A DNA stretch of 64,000 nucleotides from an uncultured Eubacteriales bacterium (GTDB taxonomy: Bacteria; Bacillota; Clostridia; Oscillospirales; CAG-272): assembly GCA_934373635.1 (NCBI GenBank), contig CAKROZ010000003.1, positions 76,058 to 140,057 on the forward strand, read 5' to 3'. The notes under the pieces were generated by a model, which was given only the letters and a program-made list of their open reading frames with translations, was not told the DNA's origin and searched no databases. This document shows positions 36,556-48,346 of this stretch, in pieces (positions within the stretch are counted from its first letter, which is position 1; each line of letters starts with the position of its first letter). Both the position numbers and the translations under genes were made by a program.

Positions 36556-36622
36556 GGATTCTTCTCCTTTTTTTCAAGAATGTTTTACCGTGTACTCCGC
36601 AAGCGGGATCTCACGGTTTGCG

Positions 36623-38719
<2,097 letters not shown>

Positions 38720-38728
38720 ACTTCCTCC

Positions 38729-38849
38729 AAAAAAACGAAAAAAGAGCGAGAGAGCCGTCCGTCGGGACGCCATTGCCTCGCTCGTTTTCGTATTCAAAAT
38801 AATATCATCAGAAAAAGGGCGTCTTCGAGAAGTCTCTCAAAGAACACCC
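38729..38849 (-). promoter_or_regulatory. leader with two tandem intrinsic-terminator-like hairpins upstream of glnN
   Basis: T1 (38812-38849) has a 14-bp stem including G-U pairs that form only on the minus strand, followed by U5. T2 (38729-38783) has a GAGCGAG/CTCGCTC stem plus a U-rich tract that abuts the RBS. Confidence 0.5.
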
Positions 38850-38865
38850 TTGCCCTTATGCGAGT

Positions 38866-38894
38866 ATTATAAACGCTTTTTCCCCGCTTGTCAA
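38866..38894 (-). promoter_or_regulatory. sigma-A type promoter of glnN-asnB
   Basis: Minus strand: TTGACA, 17-nt spacer, TATAAT. Confidence 0.5.
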
Positions 38895-38934
38895 TACCTT
38901 TTTTCAAAAAATCCGAAAAAAATTTGTTTTCCCC

Positions 38935-38963
38935 TTGACAAAAGGGGGGGCATCCGTTATAAT
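38935..38963 (+). promoter_or_regulatory. sigma-A type promoter of the tyrS T-box leader
   Basis: TTGACA, 17-nt spacer, TATAAT. Confidence 0.55.
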
Positions 38964-38969
38964 AATCTC

Positions 38970-39232
38970 AAAGCGTTGAGAAGAAAAAGTAACTTCGTCG
39001 GAAGAAGCACAGAGAGCGGGCGGTCGGTGCGAGTCCGCGGATAGCCGCGAAGCGAATACCTCTTTGAGCACGCACCGAAGTCCGCCCCGCGGATGCGTAG
39101 GCTGCGTCGGGTTCGCCCGTTAGCGCGAGGGACTTTCTTACGGAAGTCTTTGAGGTCTCCTTTCGGAGACGAAACAAGGTGGTACCGCGTTTTTTACGCC
39201 CTTGGGAACATTCCCGAGGGCTTTATTTTTTT
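38970..39232 (+). ncRNA. T-box riboswitch leader, tyrosine specifier (UAC candidate at 39057-39059)
   Basis: An AGAGAG box and GGTGCGAG (GNUGNGA-like) lie in stem I. The conserved T-box AACAAGGTGGTACCGCG is at 39173-39189. The terminator GCCCTTGGGA-acat-TCCCGAGGGC plus a T-run is at 39198-39232. It sits directly upstream of tyrS. Confidence 0.85.
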
Positions 39233-39270
39233 GATTTTATAATATTGCCATACGGCGAGAGGAGATTCTT

Positions 39271-40491
39271 ATGAAAATCTATGAAGAGCTTGTCGCACGC
39301 GGGCTGATCGCCCAAGTGACGGACGAAGCGGAGATCCGAGAGCTGATCAATGAAGGAAAAGCTACCTTCTATATCGGATTCGACCCGACGGCGGACAGTC
39401 TGCATGTCGGACATTTCATGGCGCTTTGCCTCATGAAGCGCCTTCAGATGGCGGGCAACCGCCCGATCGTGCTGATCGGAGGGGGGACGGGCTATATCGG
39501 CGACCCGTCGGGACGCAGTGACATGCGCTCTATGATGACGCCCGAGACCATTCGCCACAACTGTGAATGCTTCAAAAAGCAGATGGAGCGTTTCATCGAA
39601 TTCGGCGAGGGAAAGGCGCAGATGGTCAACAATGCCGACTGGCTTCTGAAGCTCAACTACATTGAGCTTTTGCGTGATGTGGGTGCCTGCTTCTCGGTCA
39701 ATCGGATGCTCGGCGCGGAATGCTACAAGCAGAGGATGGAAAAGGGGCTTTCCTTCCTTGAATTCAACTACATGATTATGCAGTCCTACGACTTCTACCA
39801 TCTGTTCCGCGAGTACGGCTGCAACATGCAGTTCGGCGGAGACGATCAGTGGTCGAACATGCTTTACGGTACGGAGCTGATCCGCAAAAAGCTCGGCAAG
39901 GATGCCTACGCCATGACCATCAATCTGCTTCTCAATTCGGAGGGCAAGAAGATGGGCAAGACGCAGAGCGGTGCCGTCTGGCTCGACCCCGCAAAGACCT
40001 CTCCCTACGATTTCTTCCAATACTGGCGGAATGTGGATGACAAGGATGTCCTCAAGTGCATCCGTATGCTGACCTTCCTTCCCCTCGAAGAGATCGACAA
40101 GATGGACAAGTGGGAAGGCGCGAAGCTGAACGAAGCCAAGGAAATTCTCGCTTACGAGCTGACAAAGCTCATCCACGGCGAGGAGGAAGCGGAAAAAGCG
40201 AAGGCGGCGTCCCGTGCGCTCTTTGTCGGCGGAAGCAGTGAGCTTACGCCCTCGGTCGAGGTATCCTCCGAGATGCTGGTCGACGGCGCCGTCGATGTCA
40301 ATTCCCTTCTTGTTCTCGGCAAGATGGTTCCCTCCCGCTCCGAAGGCAGACGCGCCATCGAACAGGGCGGCGTCACCGTCGACGGCGAAAAGGTGACCGA
40401 TGTCAAAGCGACCGTTTCGGCAGAGGCTCTGAAAAACGGCGTGTTGGTCAAGCGCGGAAAAAAGAGCTTTGTGAAGTTCCTTTTGAAATAA
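39271..40491 (+). CDS. tyrS: tyrosine--tRNA ligase
   Basis: 406 aa. It has HIGH-type HVGH, KMGKT (KMSKS) and a C-terminal S4 domain. Confidence 0.95.
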   Translation: MKIYEELVARGLIAQVTDEAEIRELINEGKATFYIGFDPTADSLHVGHFMALCLMKRLQMAGNRPIVLIGGGTGYIGDPSGRSDMRSMMTPETIRHNCECFKKQMERFIEFGEGKAQMVNNADWLLKLNYIELLRDVGACFSVNRMLGAECYKQRMEKGLSFLEFNYMIMQSYDFYHLFREYGCNMQFGGDDQWSNMLYGTELIRKKLGKDAYAMTINLLLNSEGKKMGKTQSGAVWLDPAKTSPYDFFQYWRNVDDKDVLKCIRMLTFLPLEEIDKMDKWEGAKLNEAKEILAYELTKLIHGEEEAEKAKAASRALFVGGSSELTPSVEVSSEMLVDGAVDVNSLLVLGKMVPSRSEGRRAIEQGGVTVDGEKVTDVKATVSAEALKNGVLVKRGKKSFVKFLLK

Positions 40492-40507
40492 TTATCAAGC
40501 AAAAAAC

Positions 40508-40545
40508 GGGCATCGAATCGGATGATTCGATGCCTCATTTTTAGC
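40508..40545 (+). terminator. intrinsic terminator after tyrS
   Basis: Hairpin GGCATCGAATC-gga-TGATTCGATGCC followed by tcaTTTTT. Confidence 0.7.
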
Positions 40546-40792
40546 CTTTAGCGAAACACGCACCACCGGAGGTGGTGGAATTAAAGGACTACGGATACAA
40601 GTATTCCTCCTTTACTTGGATTTTTGAAAAAGCCACGTTTACGGCATTTTCAATATTCTGTTCAAGGTTGCTGCACATTCAAATCGTTTTTTACAGCGAG
40701 ACATGTCCTTTGATCTTCTGACAAAAATTTTATTGTCTGACGGTAAGATTTTCTTTTCGTTGAAAATCTTCGGAGACGTTTTTAGAAAGAGA

Positions 40793-41629
40793 TTATTCCT
40801 TCGTGCCTTCCGCGATTTTTTCTTCGATCCTGTCCGCCGCCGCCTCAAGCTCGGTGTTCTCGAACAGCTCGATCACGCCCTTGTCGCAAAGGGAGGCGAG
40901 CTCGGGGTCGATCGGGAGCTTTGCGAGAACCTCGGTGCCGTGCTTTTCGGCGAGCTCGTCGATGTGGCTGTCCCCGTAGATCTTATATTGCTTTTTGCAA
41001 TCGGGGCAGGTAAAGTAGCTGTAATTTTCGATCAAGCCGAGAACGGGAATGTTCATCAAATCCGCCATGTTGATCGCCTTATCCACGATCATCGAGACGA
41101 GCCCCTGCGGACTGCTGACGATCACGATGCCGTCGAGCGGCAGGCTCTGGAACACCGTCAGGGGGACATCTCCAGTTCCGGGCGGCATATCTACGAACAT
41201 ATAGTCTACCTCGTTCCATACGACGTCCGTCCAGAATTGCTTTACCGTCCCCGCGATCACGGGTCCGCGCCATACGACGGGCTTTGTCTCGTCGTCGACG
41301 AGAAGGTTGATGCTCATGACCTCGATCCCCGTCTTGGTCACGGGGGGGAACATGCCGAGATCGCTCCCCTGCACGCATCCCGTCGAAAGACCGAAGGCGC
41401 GCGGAATCGAGGGCCCCGTAATGTCCGCATCCAAAATCGCGGTGCGGTAGCCGCGGCGCCGCATGGTGACGGCAAGCATGGAGGTGACGAGGGATTTTCC
41501 GACGCCGCCCTTTCCGCTGACGACGCCGATGACGTGTTTGATCTTGCTTGCCTTGTTTTCGGGTGCGAGAAGGGAGCCCTCCTCGCACTTTTCCTTACAG
41601 GTCGAGCAATCGTGTGTACATTCCGACAT
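40793..41629 (-). CDS. Mrp/NBP35-family iron-sulfur cluster carrier ATPase
   Basis: 278 aa. It has a deviant Walker A (VVSGKGGVGKS), a CxxC in the body (FTCPDC) and an N-terminal Cys cluster. Confidence 0.85.
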   Translation of the reverse strand: MSECTHDCSTCKEKCEEGSLLAPENKASKIKHVIGVVSGKGGVGKSLVTSMLAVTMRRRGYRTAILDADITGPSIPRAFGLSTGCVQGSDLGMFPPVTKTGIEVMSINLLVDDETKPVVWRGPVIAGTVKQFWTDVVWNEVDYMFVDMPPGTGDVPLTVFQSLPLDGIVIVSSPQGLVSMIVDKAINMADLMNIPVLGLIENYSYFTCPDCKKQYKIYGDSHIDELAEKHGTEVLAKLPIDPELASLCDKGVIELFENTELEAAADRIEEKIAEGTKE

Positions 41630-41647
41630 TTCTTTTCCTCACTTTTT

Positions 41648-43957
41648 TTAAAGGGTATCGAGAGCGATTTCACCGTCACGCACCGACAGGGCGATACCGA
41701 TGAGCTTATTCTCGTAATGCCCGATGACCGCCGCGGCGATCGCGTCCTCGATGTGACGCTCGATATAGCGGCGCATGTTGCGTGCGCCGTATTTCTCGGA
41801 ATAGGAGCGCTCGGCGACGAGGGTGAGAACATCCTCCCCGTAGGTCAGGCGGATCCCCTTCTCCTCCGAGAGATACTTTTGCAGATTCCCGAGCTGAATG
41901 GCGGCGATCTTCACGAAATCTTCCTTTGAAAGATGGCGGAAGGTGATGATCTCATCCACGCGATTCAAAAATTCGGGACGAAGGAAGGAGGCGAGCGCAC
42001 GCTCGGTCTTTTCCTTGCTCTGCATTTCCTTTGCCGTCGAGAAGCCCGAGATCGCGGAGGAGGTCTCGCTCCCCGCGTTCGTCGTCATGATAATGACGGT
42101 GTTTTCAAAATTGACGACTCTTCCCTGCGCGTCGGTGATCCTGCCCTCGTCAAGGATCTGAAGCAGGATGTTCATGACGTCGGGATGCGCCTTTTCGATC
42201 TCGTCGAACAAAACGACGGAATACGGGCGGCGGCGGATCTTCTCCGTCAGCTGTCCCGCCTCGTCGTAGCCGACATATCCCGGCGGTGCGCCGATAATAC
42301 GGGAAACGGCGAATTTCTCCATAAACTCGGACATATCGAGACGGATGAGCGCCTCGGGCTGTTTGAAGAGCTCACGCGAGAGCACCTTGACAAGCTCGGT
42401 CTTTCCGACACCCGTCGGACCCGCGAAAATCATCGACACGGGGCTCTGACGGTAGGAAACGCCCGCCCGCTTCCGCTTCACGGCGCGGCAGACGGCGCTC
42501 ACCGCCTCGTCCTGCCCGATGATGCGCGAGGAAATTCTTTCATAAAGACCCGTCAGCTCGCCGAGCTCGTTCTTCTTGATATCCGACGCGGGAATGCCCG
42601 TCCAGATCTCGATCACGTCGGCGATATCCGACGGAGAGAGCGAAAGATTCGAGATCACGGGCGAGAGCGCCTCCTGACGCTCCTCGAGGCGAAGCTCCTC
42701 CACTTTCAGATCGGCGAGCAGCTTATATCTTTCCTCATCTGCCGTGCCGTCCTTTTCCTGCGTGGCGGCATCGGCGGCGGCCTCCGCCGCTTCTCTCTTC
42801 TTCGCGAGGGCGAGAAGTTCTTTCTCGTTGCGCTTATATTCGTTCAATTCGGGAGAGGTCAGCGCCGTGCGGGACGCCGCCTCATCGATCAGGTCGATCG
42901 CCTTATCGGGTAAAAAGCGGTCGGTGATATACCGCTCGGACATCGTAACGGCAAAGCGGGCGGCATCGTCGGGGATCTTGACCCCGTGGAATTTTTCGTA
43001 ATAGGAGCGGATCCCCTTGATGATCTCCACCGTCTCTTCGACGGAGGGTTCCGTGACGGTGATCGGCTGGAAGCGGCGCTCGAGCGCGCTGTCCTTCTCG
43101 ATATACTTGCGGTATTCCTTCAAAGTGGTCGCGCCGATGACCTGAATTTCCCCGCGGGAAAGCGCGGGCTTCAGAATATTCGCGGCGCTCATACTGCCCT
43201 CGGAATCTCCCGCACCGACGATGTTATGGATCTCATCGATCATCAGGATGACATTCCCCGCCGACTTCACCTCTTTGATGAGTCCGAGGATCCTCGACTC
43301 AAACTGCCCGCGGAACTGCGTCCCCGCAACGAGAGCCGTCAGGTCGAGAAGCCAGATCTCGCTCTCGCGAAGCCGCTCGGGCACCCGTCCCTCGGTGATG
43401 CGAAGGGCAAGCGCCTCGGCGATGGCGGTCTTTCCGACGCCGGGCTCACCGATAAGACAGGGGTTGTTCTTTTGTCTGCGGCAGAGGATCTGAATGACGC
43501 GATCGAGCTCGCGATCACGTCCGACGATGCGGTCGAGTTTCCCTTGCACCGCCTTCGCCGTCAGGTTGGTGGCATAGGCGGACAGGAATTTCCGATTCGC
43601 ATTCGGCTTCTCCTCCGCTTTTGCTTCCTTTTTCTTCGGGGCCTCCTTTGCCTGACCGAACGGGAAGCCGAGCCCCGAGAAGATCTTCGGCAGATCGACC
43701 GCGGGCGCGCCGCCGTCCTCCCCGCCCGAAACGGACTCGTCCGTCGGAGAAAGAAGTCCCTCGACCTCGTTGTTCATCGTTTCGATGTCGTCCTCGCTGA
43801 TCCCCATCTGTTTCAGCATATCGTTGATGGGCTGGATCCCGAGCTCCTTGGCGCAGAGCAGGCAGAGCCCCTCATTCACTTTTTTCCCGTCCTCGAGGCG
43901 AGTGATAAACACCACGGCGGGACGTTTTTTACATCTTGCACATTTCTGTATTTCCAT
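41648..43957 (-). CDS. Clp/Hsp100-family double-AAA+ ATPase with N-terminal zinc-ribbon-like CxxC...CxxC segment
   Basis: 769 aa. NBD1 is GEPGVGKTAIAE and NBD2 is GPTGVGKTELVK. The N-terminus KCARCKK...GLCLLCAKELG replaces the usual Clp_N repeats. Confidence 0.85.
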   Translation of the reverse strand: MEIQKCARCKKRPAVVFITRLEDGKKVNEGLCLLCAKELGIQPINDMLKQMGISEDDIETMNNEVEGLLSPTDESVSGGEDGGAPAVDLPKIFSGLGFPFGQAKEAPKKKEAKAEEKPNANRKFLSAYATNLTAKAVQGKLDRIVGRDRELDRVIQILCRRQKNNPCLIGEPGVGKTAIAEALALRITEGRVPERLRESEIWLLDLTALVAGTQFRGQFESRILGLIKEVKSAGNVILMIDEIHNIVGAGDSEGSMSAANILKPALSRGEIQVIGATTLKEYRKYIEKDSALERRFQPITVTEPSVEETVEIIKGIRSYYEKFHGVKIPDDAARFAVTMSERYITDRFLPDKAIDLIDEAASRTALTSPELNEYKRNEKELLALAKKREAAEAAADAATQEKDGTADEERYKLLADLKVEELRLEERQEALSPVISNLSLSPSDIADVIEIWTGIPASDIKKNELGELTGLYERISSRIIGQDEAVSAVCRAVKRKRAGVSYRQSPVSMIFAGPTGVGKTELVKVLSRELFKQPEALIRLDMSEFMEKFAVSRIIGAPPGYVGYDEAGQLTEKIRRRPYSVVLFDEIEKAHPDVMNILLQILDEGRITDAQGRVVNFENTVIIMTTNAGSETSSAISGFSTAKEMQSKEKTERALASFLRPEFLNRVDEIITFRHLSKEDFVKIAAIQLGNLQKYLSEEKGIRLTYGEDVLTLVAERSYSEKYGARNMRRYIERHIEDAIAAAVIGHYENKLIGIALSVRDGEIALDTL

Positions 43958-43983
43958 GCGTATTCCGTTCTCACGACCCGATA

Positions 43984-44664
43984 TCAGAAGCTGAGGATCA
44001 GGTCAAGTGGGTTATATTGATTCAAAAACCGATAGAAGAAGCCGCCCTCGAAATTCTCCGCCCATGCGACGCCCTCAAACAGTGAGGTGTCAAGCACGAA
44101 TGCGAAGAGGGATGCGAGTGCCCACGAGATCAAAAACGCGAACGCGCCCGAGAACAGCACACCGACGACCTTGTTGACGATCGAAACGGGTCCGATACGA
44201 AAAAGAAGATCCACAAGCCAAAGCACCACGCTGAAGATCAGAGTGCAAAGAATCAAAAGAGCGACAAAGGAAAGTACCGTGGAAACGATATCCACGACGG
44301 GCGCCGTCAGCGTCGAGGTCAGGCTGTCAATGACGTTTTCCCCGCGGGACGCCGCCTCCGACACGTCGATGCCGAAAAGCCCCGCGGCAAGTTTCAGGAC
44401 GGTGGGAAGGGTCTCCCCCGCATTCTCCGCCGTCACGTCACCGCAGTGCGTGCGGATATAATCCGCGACCTGCCGCGTCACCGGCTCCGAGATCAGGGGA
44501 CGAAGCACCCGCTCCGAAAAGAGGGAACAAAAGCGGAAGGAGCAGAACAGGGTGGCGAAAAACTTAACGGGACGCCCCACCGTCCTGACAAATCCCCTCT
44601 TATATCCGAGGAAGATCCCGAGCAGAATGATAAAGATAAGAACGATGTCAAGAATATACTTCAT
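43984..44664 (-). CDS. cvpA: CvpA-family membrane protein
   Basis: 226 aa. The N-terminus ILDIVLIFIILLGIFLGYKRGFV is typical of CvpA, and there are four or more TM segments. Confidence 0.7.
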   Translation of the reverse strand: MKYILDIVLIFIILLGIFLGYKRGFVRTVGRPVKFFATLFCSFRFCSLFSERVLRPLISEPVTRQVADYIRTHCGDVTAENAGETLPTVLKLAAGLFGIDVSEAASRGENVIDSLTSTLTAPVVDIVSTVLSFVALLILCTLIFSVVLWLVDLLFRIGPVSIVNKVVGVLFSGAFAFLISWALASLFAFVLDTSLFEGVAWAENFEGGFFYRFLNQYNPLDLILSF

Positions 44665-44767
44665 AAAAATCTCCTTCTTTCGGATGGTTTTCGGGAGTCT
44701 TCAAAGAACGATTCCCTATTAGGATTTCCGAAATATTATACACCATGCGCGCACGCTCTGTCAAGTC

Positions 44768-47700
44768 TCACGGGCGAAAAACCACATTTTCCTCCCCGAA
44801 CACGGCAAAAAGCCGCCGAAGAACCCCCTCGTCGGGTGAAAGGGTCGCACCGCGATAGCGGACGTATTTTCCCGTCGCCCCGTCGTACAGGACGACCTCG
44901 CAGTCCCCGGGATGGAGGGAGCAAAGGCGCAGCAGCGTCCCGAGCCGTTCATCCCCCGTCGAGGGAACCTTGATAAACAGGCGCGCCGGCTTTTTCTCCT
45001 CCGTCTTTGACTTCTCCGACCTTTCCCCGCGGTCTCCGCCCGCCTTCGCGTCGAACTCCGCGTTCCCGAGAAGGCGGCGCACCGAGGAAAGCAAGACCTT
45101 TGGCGCTTCCCCCTCTTCGAGAGAGAGCGTTCCTTCAATGAAGACCGCGTTTTCGGGTGAGAGCTCGTCCCCGCACTTCGCATACTGTCTTGCGAAGACG
45201 ATGACCTCGATCTCACCGTAGGTATCGTCCACGCGCAAAAATGCCATGGTATCTCCGTTTTTCAGGGTCTTTGTCTTCTTCGCCGTGATGATGCCCGCAA
45301 TGCTCACCTTGGCGCGGTCGCGGTATTTGGTGGCAAAGGCTTCGTTCTCCTCCGCCGTCTCTTCGAAAATGTCCGAGATTCTGTCGGGAGACAGGGAGAC
45401 GATATGCTTCGAATAATTATCCGCCATATGCCCCGAAAAATACATGCCCGAGCTCTCCTTTTCGAGAAGCAAAAGCTCTCTTTGCGAATATTCGGGGATG
45501 TCGGGGTAGACGAATCCGCTCTTCTCCCCCGCGGCGGGGGCAAGCGAAAACAGGTCGAGCTGTCCCGAAACATTGTTGCGGGAGCGGTCGTGCTCGCCGT
45601 CCACGATCGCCTCATACGATGCGAGAAGCGCACTGCGCGGAACGCCGAGCGAATCGAACGCGCCGCACTTGATGAGCGATTCCATCGTGCGCTTGTTGAT
45701 CTCCGCCTCCGACAGTCTGCCGACGAAGGAATCGAAGGAACGGAAGCTCCCGTTTCTCCTCTCTTTCACCACCGCATCGGCGAACTGACGCCCGACATTT
45801 CGGACGGCGAGAAGACCGAAGCGGATGTTCCCCGAAACGACAGCAAAGGTCGCCTCGCTCTCGTTGATGTCGGGGGGCAGAACGCGGACGCCGTACTTTT
45901 TCACGTCGGCGATGTATTCCCGGATCTTCACGGGAGAATCGAGCACGCTCGTCATGAGCGCGGCAAAATACTCCGCGGGATAATGCGCTTTCAGATATGC
46001 CGTCCGATAGGAGAGGATCCCGTATGCCGTCGCGTGGCTCTTATTGAAGGCGTACTTGGCAAAGCTCACCATCTCGTCGAACACCTCCGAGGCATCCGCC
46101 TCGGAGATCCCGTTCTTCTTTGCCCCGTCGAGGAAGCGCTCCCGCTCGGCGAGCATGACGTCTTCCTTCTTCTTCGCCATCGCGCGGCGGACGATATCCG
46201 CCTGTGCATAGGAATAACCCGCGAGTGCGCGACAGATCTGCATGACCTGCTCCTGATAGACGATACAACCGTAGGTGACGTCGAGAATGGGAGCGAGTGC
46301 GGGAATCTTATAGACGGTCTTCTCCTTCCCGTGCTTTCGCGCGATGAAGGTATCGATGGAGTCCATAGGTCCCGGGCGGTACAGTGCGATACAGGCGATG
46401 ATGTCCTCGAGCGAGGAGGGCGCGAGTCGCAAAAGAACCTGCTTCATTCCTCCGGACTCAAGCTGAAACACACCGTCCGTCCGCCCTTCGGAAAGCAGGC
46501 GGAAGGTGGCGGGGTCTCCGTCCGGGATCTTCGCGATATCGAAATCGGGAACGCGGCGCTTCACCGCCTTTTCGGCATCGTCGATCACGGTCAGATACCG
46601 AAGCCCGAGAAAGTCGAATTTCACGAGTCCGAGCTTGGCATCCGTCGTCATGTCAAACTGCGTGACGACGCCCGTTCCGCTGTAAGACAGGGGCACGTAT
46701 TCGTAGGTCGGCTTCTCGGTAATGACAACGCCCGCGGCGTGTGTCGATGCGTGACGAGGCATCCCTTCGAGGCGGCGGCTGATGTCGATGAGGCGCTTTA
46801 CCTCGGCGTTGTCGTCATAAAGCGCGTGAAGCTCTTTGCGCTTCAGTGCGTCGTCTATGGTGATGTTCAGCTCCCGCGGAATCAATTTCGCCACGGCATC
46901 CACCGACGCATACGGCATCCCGAGTGCCCGCCCGACATCTCGCACGGCGGCACGGGGGGCAAGCGTTCCGAAAGTCACAATCTGTGCGACTTTATCCTCA
47001 CCGTATTTCCGCTTGACGTAATCGATGACCTCTTCCCGTCTCTCATAGCAGAAATCGATATCGAAGTCGGGCATGGAAACGCGCTCGGGATTCAGAAAGC
47101 GCTCGAACAGAAGATCGAAGGCGATGGGGTCGACGTCGGTAATTCCGATAAGGAACGCGACGAGAGAGCCCGCGCCCGAGCCTCTGCCCGGTCCGACGGG
47201 AATCCCGTGACGCTTCGCATAGGAAACAAAGTCCGCCACGATCAGAAAGTAGGCGTCAAAGCCCATCTTGATAATGACCGAGAGCTCGTATTCGATGCGA
47301 GAAAGATAGGTCTCCTTCGAAAATTTCCCGAACGAGATCCGCCCGTCCGCGACAAGGCGGTCAAAGCCGCGGTAGGCGTCCCGCGTCAGATTTTCCGCGT
47401 GCGTCATGCCCCCCTCGGGGGTGAAATTCGGAAGATACAGCTTTCCGAACTCGAAGTCGAAATTGCATTTTTCCGCGATCCGAACGGTATTCTCGATCGC
47501 ATTCGGAAAGGCGGAAAAGAGCGTCTTCATCTCCGCCGTCCCGCGAAAATAATACTCGTTGGTCTCAAAGCCGAAGGGCTTTCCCTCGGTAATCACGTTG
47601 TTGGTCTGGATGCAGAGGAGTGTCGCCTGAATATCGGCGTCCGAGCGTTCGAGATAATGCACGTCGTTGGTCGCGACCAGCGGGATCCCGTACTTTTCGG

Positions 47701-48277
47701 AGATGGTCTTGAGCCCGAAGGCGACCTTCCGCTCGTCGTCCATGTGGTGATTCTGCACCTCGAGATAAAAATCCTCGCCGAACAGCGTCTTCATCTCGAG
47801 CGCGGTCTTCTCTGCCTCGGGCATACTGCCCGCCAAGATCAGGGACGGGATCTTTCCCGCAAGGCATCCCGACAGGGCGATCAGTCCCTCCGAGTGCTCC
47901 CGCAGAAGATCCATATCGATGCGCGGACGCATATAAAAGCCGCTCACGAAGCTCTCGGACACCATGTAGCAAAGGTTGCGGTACCCGACCGCATTCTTGC
48001 AGAGCAAGATCAGATGATGTCCCGAGGAATCTCCCCGTCCTTCTTTCAGAAAGCGGGTTCTCGGTGCGACATAGACCTCACAGCCGATGATCGGCTTGAT
48101 GCCCTTCTCTTTCAGGGCAAGGTAAAAGTCCACCGCGCCGTACATGACGCCGTGGTCGGTAATGGCGACGGCATCCTGTCCCTCGGCGATCGCCTTCGCC
48201 GCAATTTCCGAGATGCGAGCGGCGCCGTCGAGCAGGCTGTATTCGGTGTGCAAATGTAAGTGGACGAATTCTCCCAT
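44768..48277 (-). CDS. dnaE: DNA polymerase III subunit alpha
   Basis: The ATG at 48277 follows GGAGGAA. It has a PHP domain (FVHLHLHTEYSLLDG), the polymerase core and an OB fold. Length is 1169 aa. Confidence 0.95.
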   Translation of the reverse strand: MGEFVHLHLHTEYSLLDGAARISEIAAKAIAEGQDAVAITDHGVMYGAVDFYLALKEKGIKPIIGCEVYVAPRTRFLKEGRGDSSGHHLILLCKNAVGYRNLCYMVSESFVSGFYMRPRIDMDLLREHSEGLIALSGCLAGKIPSLILAGSMPEAEKTALEMKTLFGEDFYLEVQNHHMDDERKVAFGLKTISEKYGIPLVATNDVHYLERSDADIQATLLCIQTNNVITEGKPFGFETNEYYFRGTAEMKTLFSAFPNAIENTVRIAEKCNFDFEFGKLYLPNFTPEGGMTHAENLTRDAYRGFDRLVADGRISFGKFSKETYLSRIEYELSVIIKMGFDAYFLIVADFVSYAKRHGIPVGPGRGSGAGSLVAFLIGITDVDPIAFDLLFERFLNPERVSMPDFDIDFCYERREEVIDYVKRKYGEDKVAQIVTFGTLAPRAAVRDVGRALGMPYASVDAVAKLIPRELNITIDDALKRKELHALYDDNAEVKRLIDISRRLEGMPRHASTHAAGVVITEKPTYEYVPLSYSGTGVVTQFDMTTDAKLGLVKFDFLGLRYLTVIDDAEKAVKRRVPDFDIAKIPDGDPATFRLLSEGRTDGVFQLESGGMKQVLLRLAPSSLEDIIACIALYRPGPMDSIDTFIARKHGKEKTVYKIPALAPILDVTYGCIVYQEQVMQICRALAGYSYAQADIVRRAMAKKKEDVMLAERERFLDGAKKNGISEADASEVFDEMVSFAKYAFNKSHATAYGILSYRTAYLKAHYPAEYFAALMTSVLDSPVKIREYIADVKKYGVRVLPPDINESEATFAVVSGNIRFGLLAVRNVGRQFADAVVKERRNGSFRSFDSFVGRLSEAEINKRTMESLIKCGAFDSLGVPRSALLASYEAIVDGEHDRSRNNVSGQLDLFSLAPAAGEKSGFVYPDIPEYSQRELLLLEKESSGMYFSGHMADNYSKHIVSLSPDRISDIFEETAEENEAFATKYRDRAKVSIAGIITAKKTKTLKNGDTMAFLRVDDTYGEIEVIVFARQYAKCGDELSPENAVFIEGTLSLEEGEAPKVLLSSVRRLLGNAEFDAKAGGDRGERSEKSKTEEKKPARLFIKVPSTGDERLGTLLRLCSLHPGDCEVVLYDGATGKYVRYRGATLSPDEGVLRRLFAVFGEENVVFRP

Positions 48278-48346
48278 CTCTTCCTCCTTGTTTGGCGGGC
48301 TTGTCCGTGCGACAGGTGCCGTCATGCCCCCTTCTGCGTGTCGAAA

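Noticed and set aside
40560-40610. A GC-rich hairpin (CACCACC-gga-GGTGGTG) plus a second stem (GGTGGAAT...ATTCCTCC) in the tyrS/mrp convergent gap. The minus strand has AAAGGAGGA followed by only a 3-codon frame.
   Set aside because: There is no credible ORF and no recognisable RNA family. It is most simply leftover terminator or spacer structure between convergent genes, though it would be worth a glance in RNA-seq.
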